This document shows, piece after piece, positions 1 to 9,023 of a stretch of DNA of 64,000 bases. The stretch spans positions 10,178 through 74,177 of the forward strand of contig DATJFG010000133.1 in assembly GCA_035495775.1 (NCBI GenBank), given 5' to 3'. Each line of letters begins with the position of its first letter. The first letter of the stretch is position 1. The notes below the pieces were generated by a model. That model was not told the DNA's origin and did no database searches. It saw only the letters and a list, made by a program, of their open reading frames with translations. The stretch comes from Verrucomicrobiia bacterium. Its GTDB lineage: Bacteria > Desulfobacterota > Binatia > UBA9968. A program made the translations under genes and the position numbers.

Positions 1-672
1 GCCGGCCCACTGCGCGCTGCGGACTTCCTCGAATTCGAGCTTCGTGATCGGGCGCGAATAGTAGGCGCCGCCCGGAAGCCCTTTCAATTCTGCGATATGC
101 GCGTGCAGCCACCGTGTATGGACCGGGTCAACGGAATTTTCCTGAGCATTGAGCCAATTGCAGTTCAAGACGGGATGCACGACGATTTTCCGCCGGCCGT
201 CTTGTCGCACCAGCACGTTCCACCGAGGAAGCAGCGGCGCGGGCGAAGGGCCCATGTAGGCGAAGAGGAGCCCGGCCAGCTTTTCGACGCGATACGCCTT
301 GTGCTTGGCGATCCTTCTCGCCTTGCTGTCGGGCAGTTCGTCGGGCTGTTCGAGGCAGCGGCCGCCGCTGTCGAAGAGGTAACCGTGGTAGGGGCAGCGG
401 ATGCCGCCGTCCTCGACAAAGCCGTAAGAAAGCGACGCGCCGCGATGCGGGCAGCGGTCGCCCAGAAGCCCGTAGTGTCCCTGGTCGTCGCGAAAAAGAA
501 TCAGGTCTTCGTCCAAAATTTTCAGCCGCTTCGATTTAGGTAGGCCGTATCGTCCAAGACCGTGAAGCTCGGCCGCGGGCGCAACCGGCTGCCAGTAGCG
601 ACGCAACAACTCGCCGACAGGCGTGCCCGCGCCGACGGAGGTCAACAGGATGTTTTCCTCGCGCGTCAGCAT
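1..672 (-). CDS. Rieske [2Fe-2S] non-heme iron oxygenase alpha subunit (phthalate/KshA-like class), 3' end runs off window start
   Basis: Reverse-strand translation from ATG at 672 gives MLTREENILLTSVGAGTPVGELLRRYWQPV...CPHRGASLSYGFVEDGGIRCPYHGY (CxH-X17-CxxH Rieske motif). It is absent from the ORF track because there is no stop inside the window; the frame stays open to position 1. Confidence 0.8.
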   Translation of the reverse strand, partial: MLTREENILLTSVGAGTPVGELLRRYWQPVAPAAELHGLGRYGLPKSKRLKILDEDLILFRDDQGHYGLLGDRCPHRGASLSYGFVEDGGIRCPYHGYLFDSGGRCLEQPDELPDSKARRIAKHKAYRVEKLAGLLFAYMGPSPAPLLPRWNVLVRQDGRRKIVVHPVLNCNWLNAQENSVDPVHTRWLHAHIAELKGLPGGAYYSRPITKLEFEEVRSAQWAG

Positions 673-698
673 GGCCTTGCCTCCGTTGCTCTTTCGCT

Positions 699-887
699 TC
701 AGCTGAGCCAGTCGGATACTTGTCCGGCGAGAATAACCGCGAGGATATGATCGCAATCTTCCAGCGCTCTGTCCGCTTCTTTCGCATCGTTCAGACGCGT
801 TATTCCATGGTTCACGGTCAAATGTAGCGCCTGGACGACCTGGAGTAGATACGTATCCAGCTCCTCGCCTCTCTTGAATTCGGACAT
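699..887 (-). CDS. hypothetical small protein (62 aa) between diiron and Rieske genes
   Basis: ORF with RBS-like GGAGAA upstream of ATG; position inside operon; no recognisable motif. Confidence 0.3.
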   Translation of the reverse strand: MSEFKRGEELDTYLLQVVQALHLTVNHGITRLNDAKEADRALEDCDHILAVILAGQVSDWLS

Positions 888-900
888 CGGTTCTCCGTGT

Positions 901-1617
901 TTAAAGATAATGACGCCCTTGGAGCGGATCGGGGACGCGAAGCCCCATCGACTCGATCAAGGGGTTCACCTCTTTGATATAGGCTTCGCGCGCCTGCTTG
1001 TTGGAGCGCCGTTTGAGGCCCCAGTAGACGTAGCGCTCCGAGTTCCTTGAATCGGAGTGGCCGAACATGTCGAGCGCCTTGATGTACCAGCGGTTGATCG
1101 CCTGCTGGACTTTTTCTTTCGATTCGCCGCCTCTCGCGGCGAGCTCGCGCGTCTGCGTCTCGCCGTAGTCGATATGGCCCAGCTCTTCCTGGATGATATC
1201 AGCCAACAGCGGCTCGATCGGCCGATAGCTGCAGCCGATAAACTCCTCCAGTTGGTAGCGGCCGATCCGGTCGATCAGGCAGCCGAAGACTGCGAAGTCT
1301 TCCCACGTTTGGATCGCGCCCCGGAACGTTTCCACATAGCGCTTTTGATTCGGCATGCTGAGCAGGAAGGAAACATCGAGGCCGATGTCGCCGGCGATGC
1401 GCGCGAACTTCCGGAAATGATCGATCTCTTCGGTCGCCGTGCGTGCGACGATCAACTGGTCGAGCCGCGTCGGCGCCGTCGGCAGCATCGATTCGACGTA
1501 GAGATGCGGCCCGCCGATCTCGCAGTCCGATTGGATCGTGAGCACTTTGCGCACGAGATCCTGATACTCCGGATCCATCTTCTCGAAATCCTTGGCTTCG
1601 ACTTTGTCTTTGAACAT
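901..1617 (-). CDS. ferritin-like diiron protein, PaaA/PaaC (phenylacetyl-CoA epoxidase) family-like
   Basis: Two E..ExxH diiron motifs (TATEEIDH, IQEELGHIDYG); ~240 aa. An ATG at 1617 with AAGGA RBS is preferred over the TTG at 1626. Confidence 0.6.
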   Translation of the reverse strand: MFKDKVEAKDFEKMDPEYQDLVRKVLTIQSDCEIGGPHLYVESMLPTAPTRLDQLIVARTATEEIDHFRKFARIAGDIGLDVSFLLSMPNQKRYVETFRGAIQTWEDFAVFGCLIDRIGRYQLEEFIGCSYRPIEPLLADIIQEELGHIDYGETQTRELAARGGESKEKVQQAINRWYIKALDMFGHSDSRNSERYVYWGLKRRSNKQAREAYIKEVNPLIESMGLRVPDPLQGRHYL

Positions 1618-1648
1618 CGTCGTCAATCCTTTTTACCCGCGGCGTTGT

Positions 1649-2440
1649 TTAATTGCCGGTGAAATTGGCCTTGCGCTTTTCCAAGAAGGCCGAGGTGCCT
1701 TCGCGGAGATCGTGGCTCGTCGCCAGATTCCCGAAGCAGCGCGCCTCGAGCTCGAGCCCCGCGGCCAGATCGACTTCCGGGCCCCGGTTCATGAGCATCT
1801 TCGAAGCCTCCAGCGCCAAACGCGGCAGCGCCGCGAGCTTGGCCGCGAAGTTATTCGCTTCTTCGAGCAGTTTACCTTTGGGCACGACTTTCATGACGAG
1901 CCCGGCGGCGAGCGCCTGCTCGGCGACAATCGGCTCTCCGGTTAGAATCATTTCCTTCGCTTTTGCGCTGCCGATAAGCCGCGGCAGCCGCTGCGTGCCG
2001 CCGCCGCCTGGAAACGCGCCGATCTTGATTTCCGGCAGGCCGAACTTGGTCCCCTCCGACGCGATGCGGAAATCGCAGGCGAGTGCCAGCTCGCATCCGC
2101 CGCCGAGCGCATAGCCGGCCACGGCGCCGATAACCGGCTGCGGCAGCGCCTCGATCTTGTCGAACAGAAGCTGAAACTCGCGGGCGTGGCGGTAGGTCGC
2201 CTCCGCCGTCGAAGCTTCCAGAATCTCGCCGATGTCGGCGCCGGCGCAGAAAAACTCCTCGCCGCCGGTGACGATCACCACGCGCTGCGAAGGATCGCCG
2301 GCAATCTCCTTGAGCGCGGCTTCCAATTCTTCGCGCAACCGGCCGTTGAAGGAATTTTTCTTTTCCGGCCGGTTGAGCCGAAGCGTCGTGATGCCGCCTT
2401 GTTTATCGACGAGCAGATGCTGAAACATAAACTCCTCCAA
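1649..2440 (-). CDS. enoyl-CoA hydratase/isomerase (crotonase family)
   Basis: Crotonase core motifs: FCAGADI, AVAGYALGGGCELALACDFRIA, GLPEIKIGAFPGGGGTQRLPRLIG; 263 aa. Confidence 0.85.
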   Translation of the reverse strand: MEEFMFQHLLVDKQGGITTLRLNRPEKKNSFNGRLREELEAALKEIAGDPSQRVVIVTGGEEFFCAGADIGEILEASTAEATYRHAREFQLLFDKIEALPQPVIGAVAGYALGGGCELALACDFRIASEGTKFGLPEIKIGAFPGGGGTQRLPRLIGSAKAKEMILTGEPIVAEQALAAGLVMKVVPKGKLLEEANNFAAKLAALPRLALEASKMLMNRGPEVDLAAGLELEARCFGNLATSHDLREGTSAFLEKRKANFTGN

Positions 2441-2449
2441 AAAAACAGA

Positions 2450-3301
2450 TCAAAGGCCGAAGAGCTGGACGGTATTGTCGTGCAAGACTTTTCGCTTCAC
2501 CTCGTCTTTGAGCCCGATCTGATCCATTTGATCGAGGCTCGCCTTCCAGGCAAGCCCGTTAGTGCCCCAGACGCATCGGTCCATGCCCATGCGGCTGTTC
2601 ATGAAGTGAAGGATTTCCGGTCCGAGATATTTCGGCAGCCAGCCGTCGATGCCGAAATAGATATTGTCCCATTTGTAGCAAGCGGAGATGAGCTCCGCCG
2701 CCCACGGCCAGCCCGTGTGCGCGCCGATCATTTTCAATTCCGGAAAGTCGCTCGCGATCTTGTCCAGGTAAATCGGCCGGCCGTGCTCGCTCGGCATCGC
2801 CTCGAGCACATGTCCCACCTGCATCGAAACCGGGATGTCGAGCTCGACGCACTTGGCGTAGAGCGGGTACATCTTGGCATCCGAGAGCGGGATGTCGAAG
2901 CCGTAAATATGGACATAGACGCCTTTAAAGCCGTACTGCTTGACGCCGATCTCGATCTCTTGCAGCGATTCTTTGATGCGGAAGGGGTTATAGCCGGCAA
3001 GTCCGACGAAGCGCTCCGGATAGCGCTTTGTGTACTGCGCGACCTCGTCGAGCGTCGTGTCCATGTACATCCAGTGATTGCGGTAGGACCACATCTTGGT
3101 CTGCGTGATGAAGACCTTCTCCACGCCGGCCTCGTCCATCTTGCCGATCATCGCCTCGATCGAATCGAACTGCGGCAGCCCGCCTATGGCGCGCTCCATG
3201 CGGCAGATGAGCTCGTTTTTTTTCGCGTCGTTCCACTTGGCGATAAACTCCGGTGTCGCCACGTAGTACATCATATCGATCGCTTTGAGGCCGTTCTGCA
3301 T
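2450..3301 (-). CDS. amidohydrolase-2 family (ACMSD/LigW-like metal-dependent hydrolase or decarboxylase)
   Basis: TIM-barrel amidohydrolase_2 signature regions (GFKGVYVH, MQVGH, AHTGWPW, DRCVWGTN); RBS AGGAGA. Confidence 0.75.
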   Translation of the reverse strand: MQNGLKAIDMMYYVATPEFIAKWNDAKKNELICRMERAIGGLPQFDSIEAMIGKMDEAGVEKVFITQTKMWSYRNHWMYMDTTLDEVAQYTKRYPERFVGLAGYNPFRIKESLQEIEIGVKQYGFKGVYVHIYGFDIPLSDAKMYPLYAKCVELDIPVSMQVGHVLEAMPSEHGRPIYLDKIASDFPELKMIGAHTGWPWAAELISACYKWDNIYFGIDGWLPKYLGPEILHFMNSRMGMDRCVWGTNGLAWKASLDQMDQIGLKDEVKRKVLHDNTVQLFGL

Positions 3302-3310
3302 GTTTTTCTC

Positions 3311-4075
3311 CTACGACATCGTGAGGCCGCCGCTGACGCTGATCGTCTGGCCGGTGACGAAATCGGAATCGCTGGAGGCCAGGAACACGACCATCGCGGC
3401 GATCTCCTCGGGCTTCGCGGCGCGGCGGAAAGGCGTCGCTTTGATCACGGCATCGACGATCTTGGCGGTTTTTTCCGATTGGTCCTTAATCGCCTGCATG
3501 AGCGGCGTGTCGGTCATGCCCGGGCAGATGACGTTCACATTGATATTGTATCGGGCGCTCTCCCGCGCGAGCGTCTTGGAAAACGCGATCACCGCGCCTT
3601 TTGCGCCCGAGTAAACCGCCTCCCAGCTCGAGCCCACGCGGCCGGCGTCCGAGGCGATGTTGATGATCTTGCCCGAGCCGTGCTGGATCATGTTCGGCAG
3701 CACGGCTTTCGCCGTCTGCAGGACCGATTTGAAATTGATCGACAAGACCTTGTCCCACGTCTCTTCCGTGCTCTCGAGAAACGGCTCCAGTCTGTCCCAG
3801 CCCGCGCAGTTGACCAGAATATCGATCTGGCCGAACTGGCCGAGAACCGTCTTAACCATCTGTTCGACGTCGGCGCGTTTGGTCAGATCGGTGCGGCAGG
3901 CGACGGCGGAGCCGAAACCCGAGTCTTTGATCTGGCTGCAGACCTTCTCGGCCTGCTCGACGGCGATATCGGCGATCGCGACATTGGCGCCTTCGAGTCC
4001 CAAGGCGATCGCTGTCGCGCGGCCGATGCCGCTTGCGCCTCCCGTGACGATGGCAGTCTTTCGTTTAAGCTTCAT
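3311..4075 (-). CDS. SDR family oxidoreductase (BadH-like 2-hydroxyacyl-CoA dehydrogenase candidate)
   Basis: TGGASGIGRA Rossmann motif, NCAG, YSGAKGA catalytic YxxxK; 254 aa; RBS GGAGGTG. Confidence 0.9.
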   Translation of the reverse strand: MKLKRKTAIVTGGASGIGRATAIALGLEGANVAIADIAVEQAEKVCSQIKDSGFGSAVACRTDLTKRADVEQMVKTVLGQFGQIDILVNCAGWDRLEPFLESTEETWDKVLSINFKSVLQTAKAVLPNMIQHGSGKIINIASDAGRVGSSWEAVYSGAKGAVIAFSKTLARESARYNINVNVICPGMTDTPLMQAIKDQSEKTAKIVDAVIKATPFRRAAKPEEIAAMVVFLASSDSDFVTGQTISVSGGLTMS

Positions 4076-4102
4076 GAAATCACCTCCACAGTGTTTGTTG
4101 AC

Positions 4103-4930
4103 TTAAGCTACTTGGGCTGCCGAGGCCGGCTCTTTCCCGCCTTCGCGGATCTTCTCCAGCCGCTTCAGCGCGAGCAGCGCGGCGCCGATCGCGCCGACCA
4201 TCTCCGGCTCGTCGCTCACGTTGACCTTCTTCTTGACCGTTTCCGATAGCGCTTTGACCATACCGTTTTGTCGTGCGACCCCCCCGACGAACGTCAGTTC
4301 TTCCTCGAGGCCGGCGCGCTTCAGAAGCGCGAGGGCGCGCGAGGCGAGCGAATTGTGCACGCCGCGGAGAATGTCTTCGACCGTTTCGCCTGAAGAGACG
4401 TGGTTGATGATCTCCGACTCCGCGAGCACGGCGCATACGCTGCTGATGGTCTGCGGCTTTTTCGCGTTAAGCGAGAGATCGCCGACCTGCTCGATGGCGA
4501 CCTCGAGGTACTTGGCGGCGCGCTCGATGAAGCCGCCGGCGCCCGCGGCGCACTTGTCATTGGTCCGAAACTCGAGCACCTTGCCCGCTTCGTTCACGCG
4601 CAGCGCGCGCGTGCTCTGCGCGCCGATGTCGAGGACGCACCGGGTCTTGGGGAAGAGAAACACCGATCCTCGCGCGACGCACGTAATGTCTGTGATCTGA
4701 ACATCGCGGAACGGCACGTTGTAACGGCCGAAGCCCGTTGTCGCGATATAGCCTAAATCGCTTTGCGCGATCCCCGCCTGCTTGAGCGCGATATCCAGGG
4801 CATCTTGGGCGATCACCGGGAAATCCGGCTTCGTCCGAATCGAGCTTTTTCCGCGGATGCGCCGCTCGCCGTCGAGCACGATAGCCTTGGTGAGCTTGGC
4901 GCCCATATCGATGCCGGCTACAAAAATCAT
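4103..4930 (-). CDS. BadF/BadG/BcrA/BcrD-type ATPase (CoA-enzyme activase, ASKHA fold), short form
   Basis: GIDMGAK...DIGAQSTRA...DKCAAGAGGF...FVGGVARQ motifs typical of HgdC/BcrD; RBS GAGGAGG. Confidence 0.85.
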   Translation of the reverse strand: MIFVAGIDMGAKLTKAIVLDGERRIRGKSSIRTKPDFPVIAQDALDIALKQAGIAQSDLGYIATTGFGRYNVPFRDVQITDITCVARGSVFLFPKTRCVLDIGAQSTRALRVNEAGKVLEFRTNDKCAAGAGGFIERAAKYLEVAIEQVGDLSLNAKKPQTISSVCAVLAESEIINHVSSGETVEDILRGVHNSLASRALALLKRAGLEEELTFVGGVARQNGMVKALSETVKKKVNVSDEPEMVGAIGAALLALKRLEKIREGGKEPASAAQVA

Positions 4931-4960
4931 GAGGCCTCCTCTTAGGCGACGGGCGAACGG

Positions 4961-5773
4961 CTAGGCCGTCGCCTGAGCCAATTCGCCCTTCGCCTTGACG
5001 GCGCGTTCGAGGGCGAAGATCGCCGCTCCGAGGGCGCCGACATAGTGTGAATCTGGGCTGACGTTTATCTTCATGCCGAGTTTTTCCTCCAGCGCGCTCA
5101 CCATGCCGATATTGCGCGAGACGCCGCCGGTGAATGTCACCTCCGGCTCGATGCCGACCCGGCGTATGAGAGAGACCGTGCGCGCGGCGATGGCGCTGTG
5201 GACGCCGCCGAGGATGTCCTCGACCTTTTTATTTTGCGCTAGATAGGACATGATGTCCGATTCGACGAAAACCGTGCACACGGTGGTGAGGCGCACGGGA
5301 TTCTTCGCCTTCAGCGCAATCGGTCCGATGTCGTCGAGATTCAAAAGCAGCGCCTCGGCCGCGCTGCCGAGGAATCGTCCCGTGCCCGCCGCGCATTTAT
5401 CGTTCATAACGAAGTCTTTGACATCGCCGTCCGGGCCGACGCGTATGCCTTTGGCGTCCTGTCCCCCCATGTCGATGACCGTCTTGGTGTTCGGGAATAG
5501 ATAACACGCGCCGCGCGCGTGGCAGCTGATCTCGGTGATCTGCGCGTCGCCGAAGGTTACTTTGTAGCGGCCGTAGCCGGTGCCGACGATGTAGGCGACG
5601 TCTTCGCGCGGCACGTTGGAGACTTTGAGCAATTCTTTGAAGCAGTTGTCGCCCGCGCGCGTCACGTTGGCGCCCGTCATGATGAGAGCACGCGCGACGA
5701 TGTTGCGGTTCTCGTCGAGGATAATGCCTTTGGTTTGCGTCGAGCCGACGTCGATTCCCGCGCTGTACATCAT
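4961..5773 (-). CDS. BadF/BadG/BcrA/BcrD-type ATPase, second distinct subunit
   Basis: [11 protein letters not shown]...[10 protein letters not shown]...[11 protein letters not shown]...FTGGVSRN. The true start is at the MMYSAG doublet (AGGAGGTG RBS); the track ORF has an Arg-rich spurious extension. ATGA overlap with the upstream gene. Confidence 0.85.
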   Translation of the reverse strand: MMYSAGIDVGSTQTKGIILDENRNIVARALIMTGANVTRAGDNCFKELLKVSNVPREDVAYIVGTGYGRYKVTFGDAQITEISCHARGACYLFPNTKTVIDMGGQDAKGIRVGPDGDVKDFVMNDKCAAGTGRFLGSAAEALLLNLDDIGPIALKAKNPVRLTTVCTVFVESDIMSYLAQNKKVEDILGGVHSAIAARTVSLIRRVGIEPEVTFTGGVSRNIGMVSALEEKLGMKINVSPDSHYVGALGAAIFALERAVKAKGELAQATA

Positions 5774-7065
5774 GCGGCACCTCCTGCGGCGGCTTTCGCC
5801 TCGCGAACGATTTTCTTGTGCTCCAACGACTCGAAAAATGCGTCGATGCGGTTTTTGATCTGCGCTTCCGAAAAGTAGCGCGGGTCTTCGATGTCGGACT
5901 CGATGAGCAGCGTCGGCACATTGAGGTCTTTCGTGAAGTACTCGCGCATGTCGCCCTGCCCTGCGGAGAAAAGCCGGCAGCTCTTCACGGAATGGATGAC
6001 GAGCGCGTCGGCGTTCCATTCTTCAATGTAGCGGCGGATTTGCGCATAGCGCTGGAGGAAGTTTCGATTCGTGACGTTCCATTCGAGCATGTGCTCGGCG
6101 ATCGATTCGAGCGGCCGGTTCGGGTCGTGCTTGAAGCCGAACTCCCAGAGGCCGCCGACGGTCGAATAGGTAGAGGCGACGGCCACCGCGCCCCACTTCG
6201 AGAAGAGATCGCGGAAGGTCCGCAAAAAGGGCCACGGCGGAGGACCTTCGATGACGAAGCGGAAACGCTCCTCGGGCAGCGGCCCCTGACCCATTTCCAC
6301 TTTTTCTTCCATCTCTTTGAGAGCGGTCTGGAAAAATTTAAGCCCGTCTTCGGTGCCGCGAAGACAATAGAGCGGCGCCATCATCGTCACGGAGTCGAAG
6401 TAGGCGTCGAACGGCGTCGGCCTATGTTTGGTGAGCGACTTCACCTTCGACCACAGCTCGCCGGTCTCGGCCGAGAACTCGACGATTCTCTTGAGCTTGG
6501 CCCAGTCGAGATCTTTGCCGGTGATCCGCTCCATGGCGACTATCACCTCTTCGAGCTGCTTGACGACGTATTCGATATCCGCCTTCGAAGGTTTGCCGGA
6601 CGGGTCGCGCAGAAACGGGATGTCGAGATTATAAATCTCGCCGTCGCAGTATTCCGCCAGATGCTCGAACCACTGGAGATAGACATTGCAGCCGACGTAG
6701 TTACAGAGAATTAAAGACGGCAGCGGGATCGTCGCAAAAGGGGTCTTGCGGTCGCCGAGAAAAAGACCGACGTCGGCCTTCACATAGGCGCAGTTGTCCA
6801 TGGAATAGCCGATCTCCTCGGCCTTCTGAATGAACGGCAGCGCGGCTTTTTTGACCGCGAGCTGCAGCGCGTTGATCTCGGGATACACCGGCACCATGTC
6901 GAAGGCCTGAACGAGCTCGACGGGATTGCCGCTGATCAGCATGTAAACGGCTTTGCCGTCGCCTTGCTCGGCGGCCCGCGTGACGCGGGCGAAGTAGCGC
7001 CCCATCATATCCTTCTGGAGCAGGTGCATCTGGCCCTGGTAAATGCTCTTTGCCGATTCAGCCAT
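5770..7065 (-). CDS. 2-hydroxyacyl-CoA dehydratase/benzoyl-CoA reductase BcrB/BadE/HgdA-like subunit
   Basis: 431 aa; HgdAB/BcrBC-family fold inferred from size, conserved Cys pattern and operon context with two activase ATPases; RBS AGGAGG. Confidence 0.75.
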   Translation of the reverse strand: MAESAKSIYQGQMHLLQKDMMGRYFARVTRAAEQGDGKAVYMLISGNPVELVQAFDMVPVYPEINALQLAVKKAALPFIQKAEEIGYSMDNCAYVKADVGLFLGDRKTPFATIPLPSLILCNYVGCNVYLQWFEHLAEYCDGEIYNLDIPFLRDPSGKPSKADIEYVVKQLEEVIVAMERITGKDLDWAKLKRIVEFSAETGELWSKVKSLTKHRPTPFDAYFDSVTMMAPLYCLRGTEDGLKFFQTALKEMEEKVEMGQGPLPEERFRFVIEGPPPWPFLRTFRDLFSKWGAVAVASTYSTVGGLWEFGFKHDPNRPLESIAEHMLEWNVTNRNFLQRYAQIRRYIEEWNADALVIHSVKSCRLFSAGQGDMREYFTKDLNVPTLLIESDIEDPRYFSEAQIKNRIDAFFESLEHKKIVREAKAAAGGAA

Positions 7066-7073
7066 TGTTCCTC

Positions 7074-8228
7074 CTAATCGAACAGCATGGATTCCACGAA
7101 CGTTTCGACCTCGGTTCTCGACTTGTCAAAAATCCACATCTTTTCTTCGAATTCGAGGTAAAGATGAGGAATCCCTGCTTTCTCCAGAGCCTGACGATAG
7201 AGGGCATAGTCAAACAAGGCGGGCTCGCAAAACTTCGCCGCGAGGATCACGACGGCTGCCGCGCCGGTTTCTTTGACTTTGTCGATGAGGTGTTTCGATT
7301 TCCGCTCGCGAGTGTCGTGCTTCACGCCCGAGTAGACGCTCCGTCTCAGATAGCTTTCGGCGAGGTTCCGCACAGGATCGCCGTCGGTCGGAATATCTTC
7401 GGTGAAGAAGCGCCAGCCGGTCAGGAAATCGTCGTCCAGGATGTAACAGCCGGCGGCTTCGAGCCCTTCGATCAATTCGAGCGGCGGCTGCTCGCAGAAG
7501 GAGCCTTCGAGCACGACTTTGATGCGGTCCTTTGGCCTCTCGTCCCGCAGTCGAATGGCAGCCAGGGCTTCCTTGAGAATGGAGATATGCTCTTCGGGGG
7601 GCATCAGTGTCGCGATTCGCGTAAGCACGTAAGTCTCGACCGTGGAGAGGTTCTGCGGCTGTGTCGCGCGGAGCGCGTAAAGGTCGCGCAGCAGCTTTCG
7701 CTGTTCGTTGTAGATTCGCGTGCTGCGTCTGAGAGCCTCGTCGTCGGGTTTGATGCCGGAAAGCTCCGTATAGCTCTCCAGTAGCCGATGATACTCCGCC
7801 GTGAGATAATCGACGGTGGCCGGCGAAGTCATATTCTGCGGAAAGTGGATATATTCGACCATGAGTTTCGGAAAGTTCCGTTTGTAAACGCTGGCCAGGT
7901 TTCGCGCGGGGTCGCAGATCGAATGGAAGACGATGCCGTCGAGGAATCCGATGCGGTCGGTCATCGCGAGTTCGAGTGTGCTTTTGACGATCGAGCAGAC
8001 GAACGATTGAAAGCGCGAATCGGCATGGGCGATCTCCAGTCGGTTGCCGCCGCCGAGGATACCCACCGGCAACATCCCGGCTGCATGAATCAGTTCGACG
8101 GGCGAATAGACGGGATAGCAGCCGACGGCTTTTGTCGTGGGATGGCTCGCCTTCCAGCGCGCGACCCGCTCAAGCGGCGCCTCTTCCAAGGCCTCTCTAT
8201 ACTCGGCGATTACGTTGTCTATGTTCAT
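7074..8228 (-). CDS. 2-hydroxyacyl-CoA dehydratase/benzoyl-CoA reductase BcrC/BadD/HgdB-like subunit
   Basis: 384 aa, first gene of operon, same family as downstream gene; size matches BcrC/BzdN/BadD. Confidence 0.75.
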   Translation of the reverse strand: MNIDNVIAEYREALEEAPLERVARWKASHPTTKAVGCYPVYSPVELIHAAGMLPVGILGGGNRLEIAHADSRFQSFVCSIVKSTLELAMTDRIGFLDGIVFHSICDPARNLASVYKRNFPKLMVEYIHFPQNMTSPATVDYLTAEYHRLLESYTELSGIKPDDEALRRSTRIYNEQRKLLRDLYALRATQPQNLSTVETYVLTRIATLMPPEEHISILKEALAAIRLRDERPKDRIKVVLEGSFCEQPPLELIEGLEAAGCYILDDDFLTGWRFFTEDIPTDGDPVRNLAESYLRRSVYSGVKHDTRERKSKHLIDKVKETGAAAVVILAAKFCEPALFDYALYRQALEKAGIPHLYLEFEEKMWIFDKSRTEVETFVESMLFD

Positions 8229-8280
8229 CGGTGCCTCATATCTGAACGGTCATTCGTTCTGTTCTCCTAATGCTGAAGCG

Positions 8281-8296
8281 AGCAATCCATATGCCA
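8281..8296 (-). promoter_or_regulatory. sigma54 (-24/-12) promoter, TGGCAT-atgga-TTGCT, for the reductase operon
   Basis: Plus strand reads AGCAATCCATATGCCA; reverse complement is TGGCATATGGATTGCT with exact GG/GC spacing; 53 nt upstream of start at 8228. Confidence 0.65.
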
Positions 8297-8520
8297 GCGA
8301 ATTTCTGCCAGTGATTCAGTTAATTGCAAGTATTTGTGTCGTTCGGTTTTCTCAAAATAAAGAAGAAACGAAGGGATATTCTCAATCGTGCGACTGCTGG
8401 ATTGCGACACATCACTCGTCGGTTTTCCGTCGCTTTAGCGCTGGGTTCTACCGATATGCCGGTTTTATTTGAAAATGGAGCGCCGACGGATTATAAATGC
8501 GCGAAAGGGGTTACTTATCC

Positions 8521-9018
8521 ATGGAGTCCGATTTCGAACCACTCGAGGCCTTTTCTGAGGTCGAACGGTTAGTCGGAAAGGTGTATTTCCGATTTTCCCA
8601 TCTTTTCATGGGCCGGCCGGATCTCAGAGATTTCTGGTGGGAAATGGCGCGCCAGGAAGAGCAGCACGGACTCATTCTACTTGCATGCAAACTCATCATT
8701 CAGAATTATGAAGATGAGGAGGTCGATCCGAGTCTCGGCCGCGAGAACGCACGGCGATTGAAAGAGCACGTGCAAAGTTATTTAAGCGAAGGAACGCCGG
8801 CGATCAGCGTCAACGAAGCGTTCAAAATCGCGCTTGACATCGAGACCTCCGAGATCGACGCGATTTACGGCAAGCTGTTACAGTTGGGAGGCCCCAAGGT
8901 CGCTCAGACACTAGAGAACCTAGGCGTGCCGGCGAGCGTGCAGCGACAAAAACTCAAAGGCGCGATTCGTCAGTTTTGCAACGATCCCAACCTAATCGCC
9001 GCGGCGGAGCAGCTATAA
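8521..9018 (+). CDS. hypothetical ferritin-like 4-helix protein (ExxH motifs), possible partner of the adjacent sigma54 activator
   Basis: EMARQEEQHG and LDIETSEIDAIYG motifs; paralog of 18782-19276 product (IILHDEERHHGLL / LILDSEKHERLLG). Start uncertain (8497 or 8521). Confidence 0.5.
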   Translation: MESDFEPLEAFSEVERLVGKVYFRFSHLFMGRPDLRDFWWEMARQEEQHGLILLACKLIIQNYEDEEVDPSLGRENARRLKEHVQSYLSEGTPAISVNEAFKIALDIETSEIDAIYGKLLQLGGPKVAQTLENLGVPASVQRQKLKGAIRQFCNDPNLIAAAEQL

Positions 9019-9023
9019 GACGA

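Noticed and set aside
97-543. 148-aa plus-strand ORF at window start
   Set aside because: Antisense to the well-supported partial Rieske oxygenase gene, which has no stop in the window and is therefore missing from the ORF track
2186-4249. 687-aa ORF on plus strand spanning three minus-strand genes; similar long antisense ORFs at 5818-6714 (+), 7050-7784 (+), 17165-18376 (+), 23719-24681 (-), 38566-39390 (-), 43141-44079 (-), 44616-45566 (-), 56404-57459 (+)
   Set aside because: Low-complexity Arg/Ala/Asp-rich translations with no motifs, lying antisense to ORFs with clear family signatures; typical stop-poor antisense frames in ~65% GC DNA
4961-6019. Long N-terminal extensions given by the ORF track for several genes (also 28050-30680, 59934-61328, 60932-62107, 61986-63344, 25662-26171)
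   Set aside because: Extensions are Arg-rich and overlap upstream genes. Internal ATGs with Shine-Dalgarno sequences coincide with the start of family homology ([43 protein letters not shown])
8229-8520. Small plus-strand ORFs (8137-8472, 8324-8572) in the reductase-operon promoter region
   Set aside because: They overlap the sigma54 promoter and 5' UTR of the minus-strand operon, lack RBSs and have no motif; the region is more likely regulatory DNA
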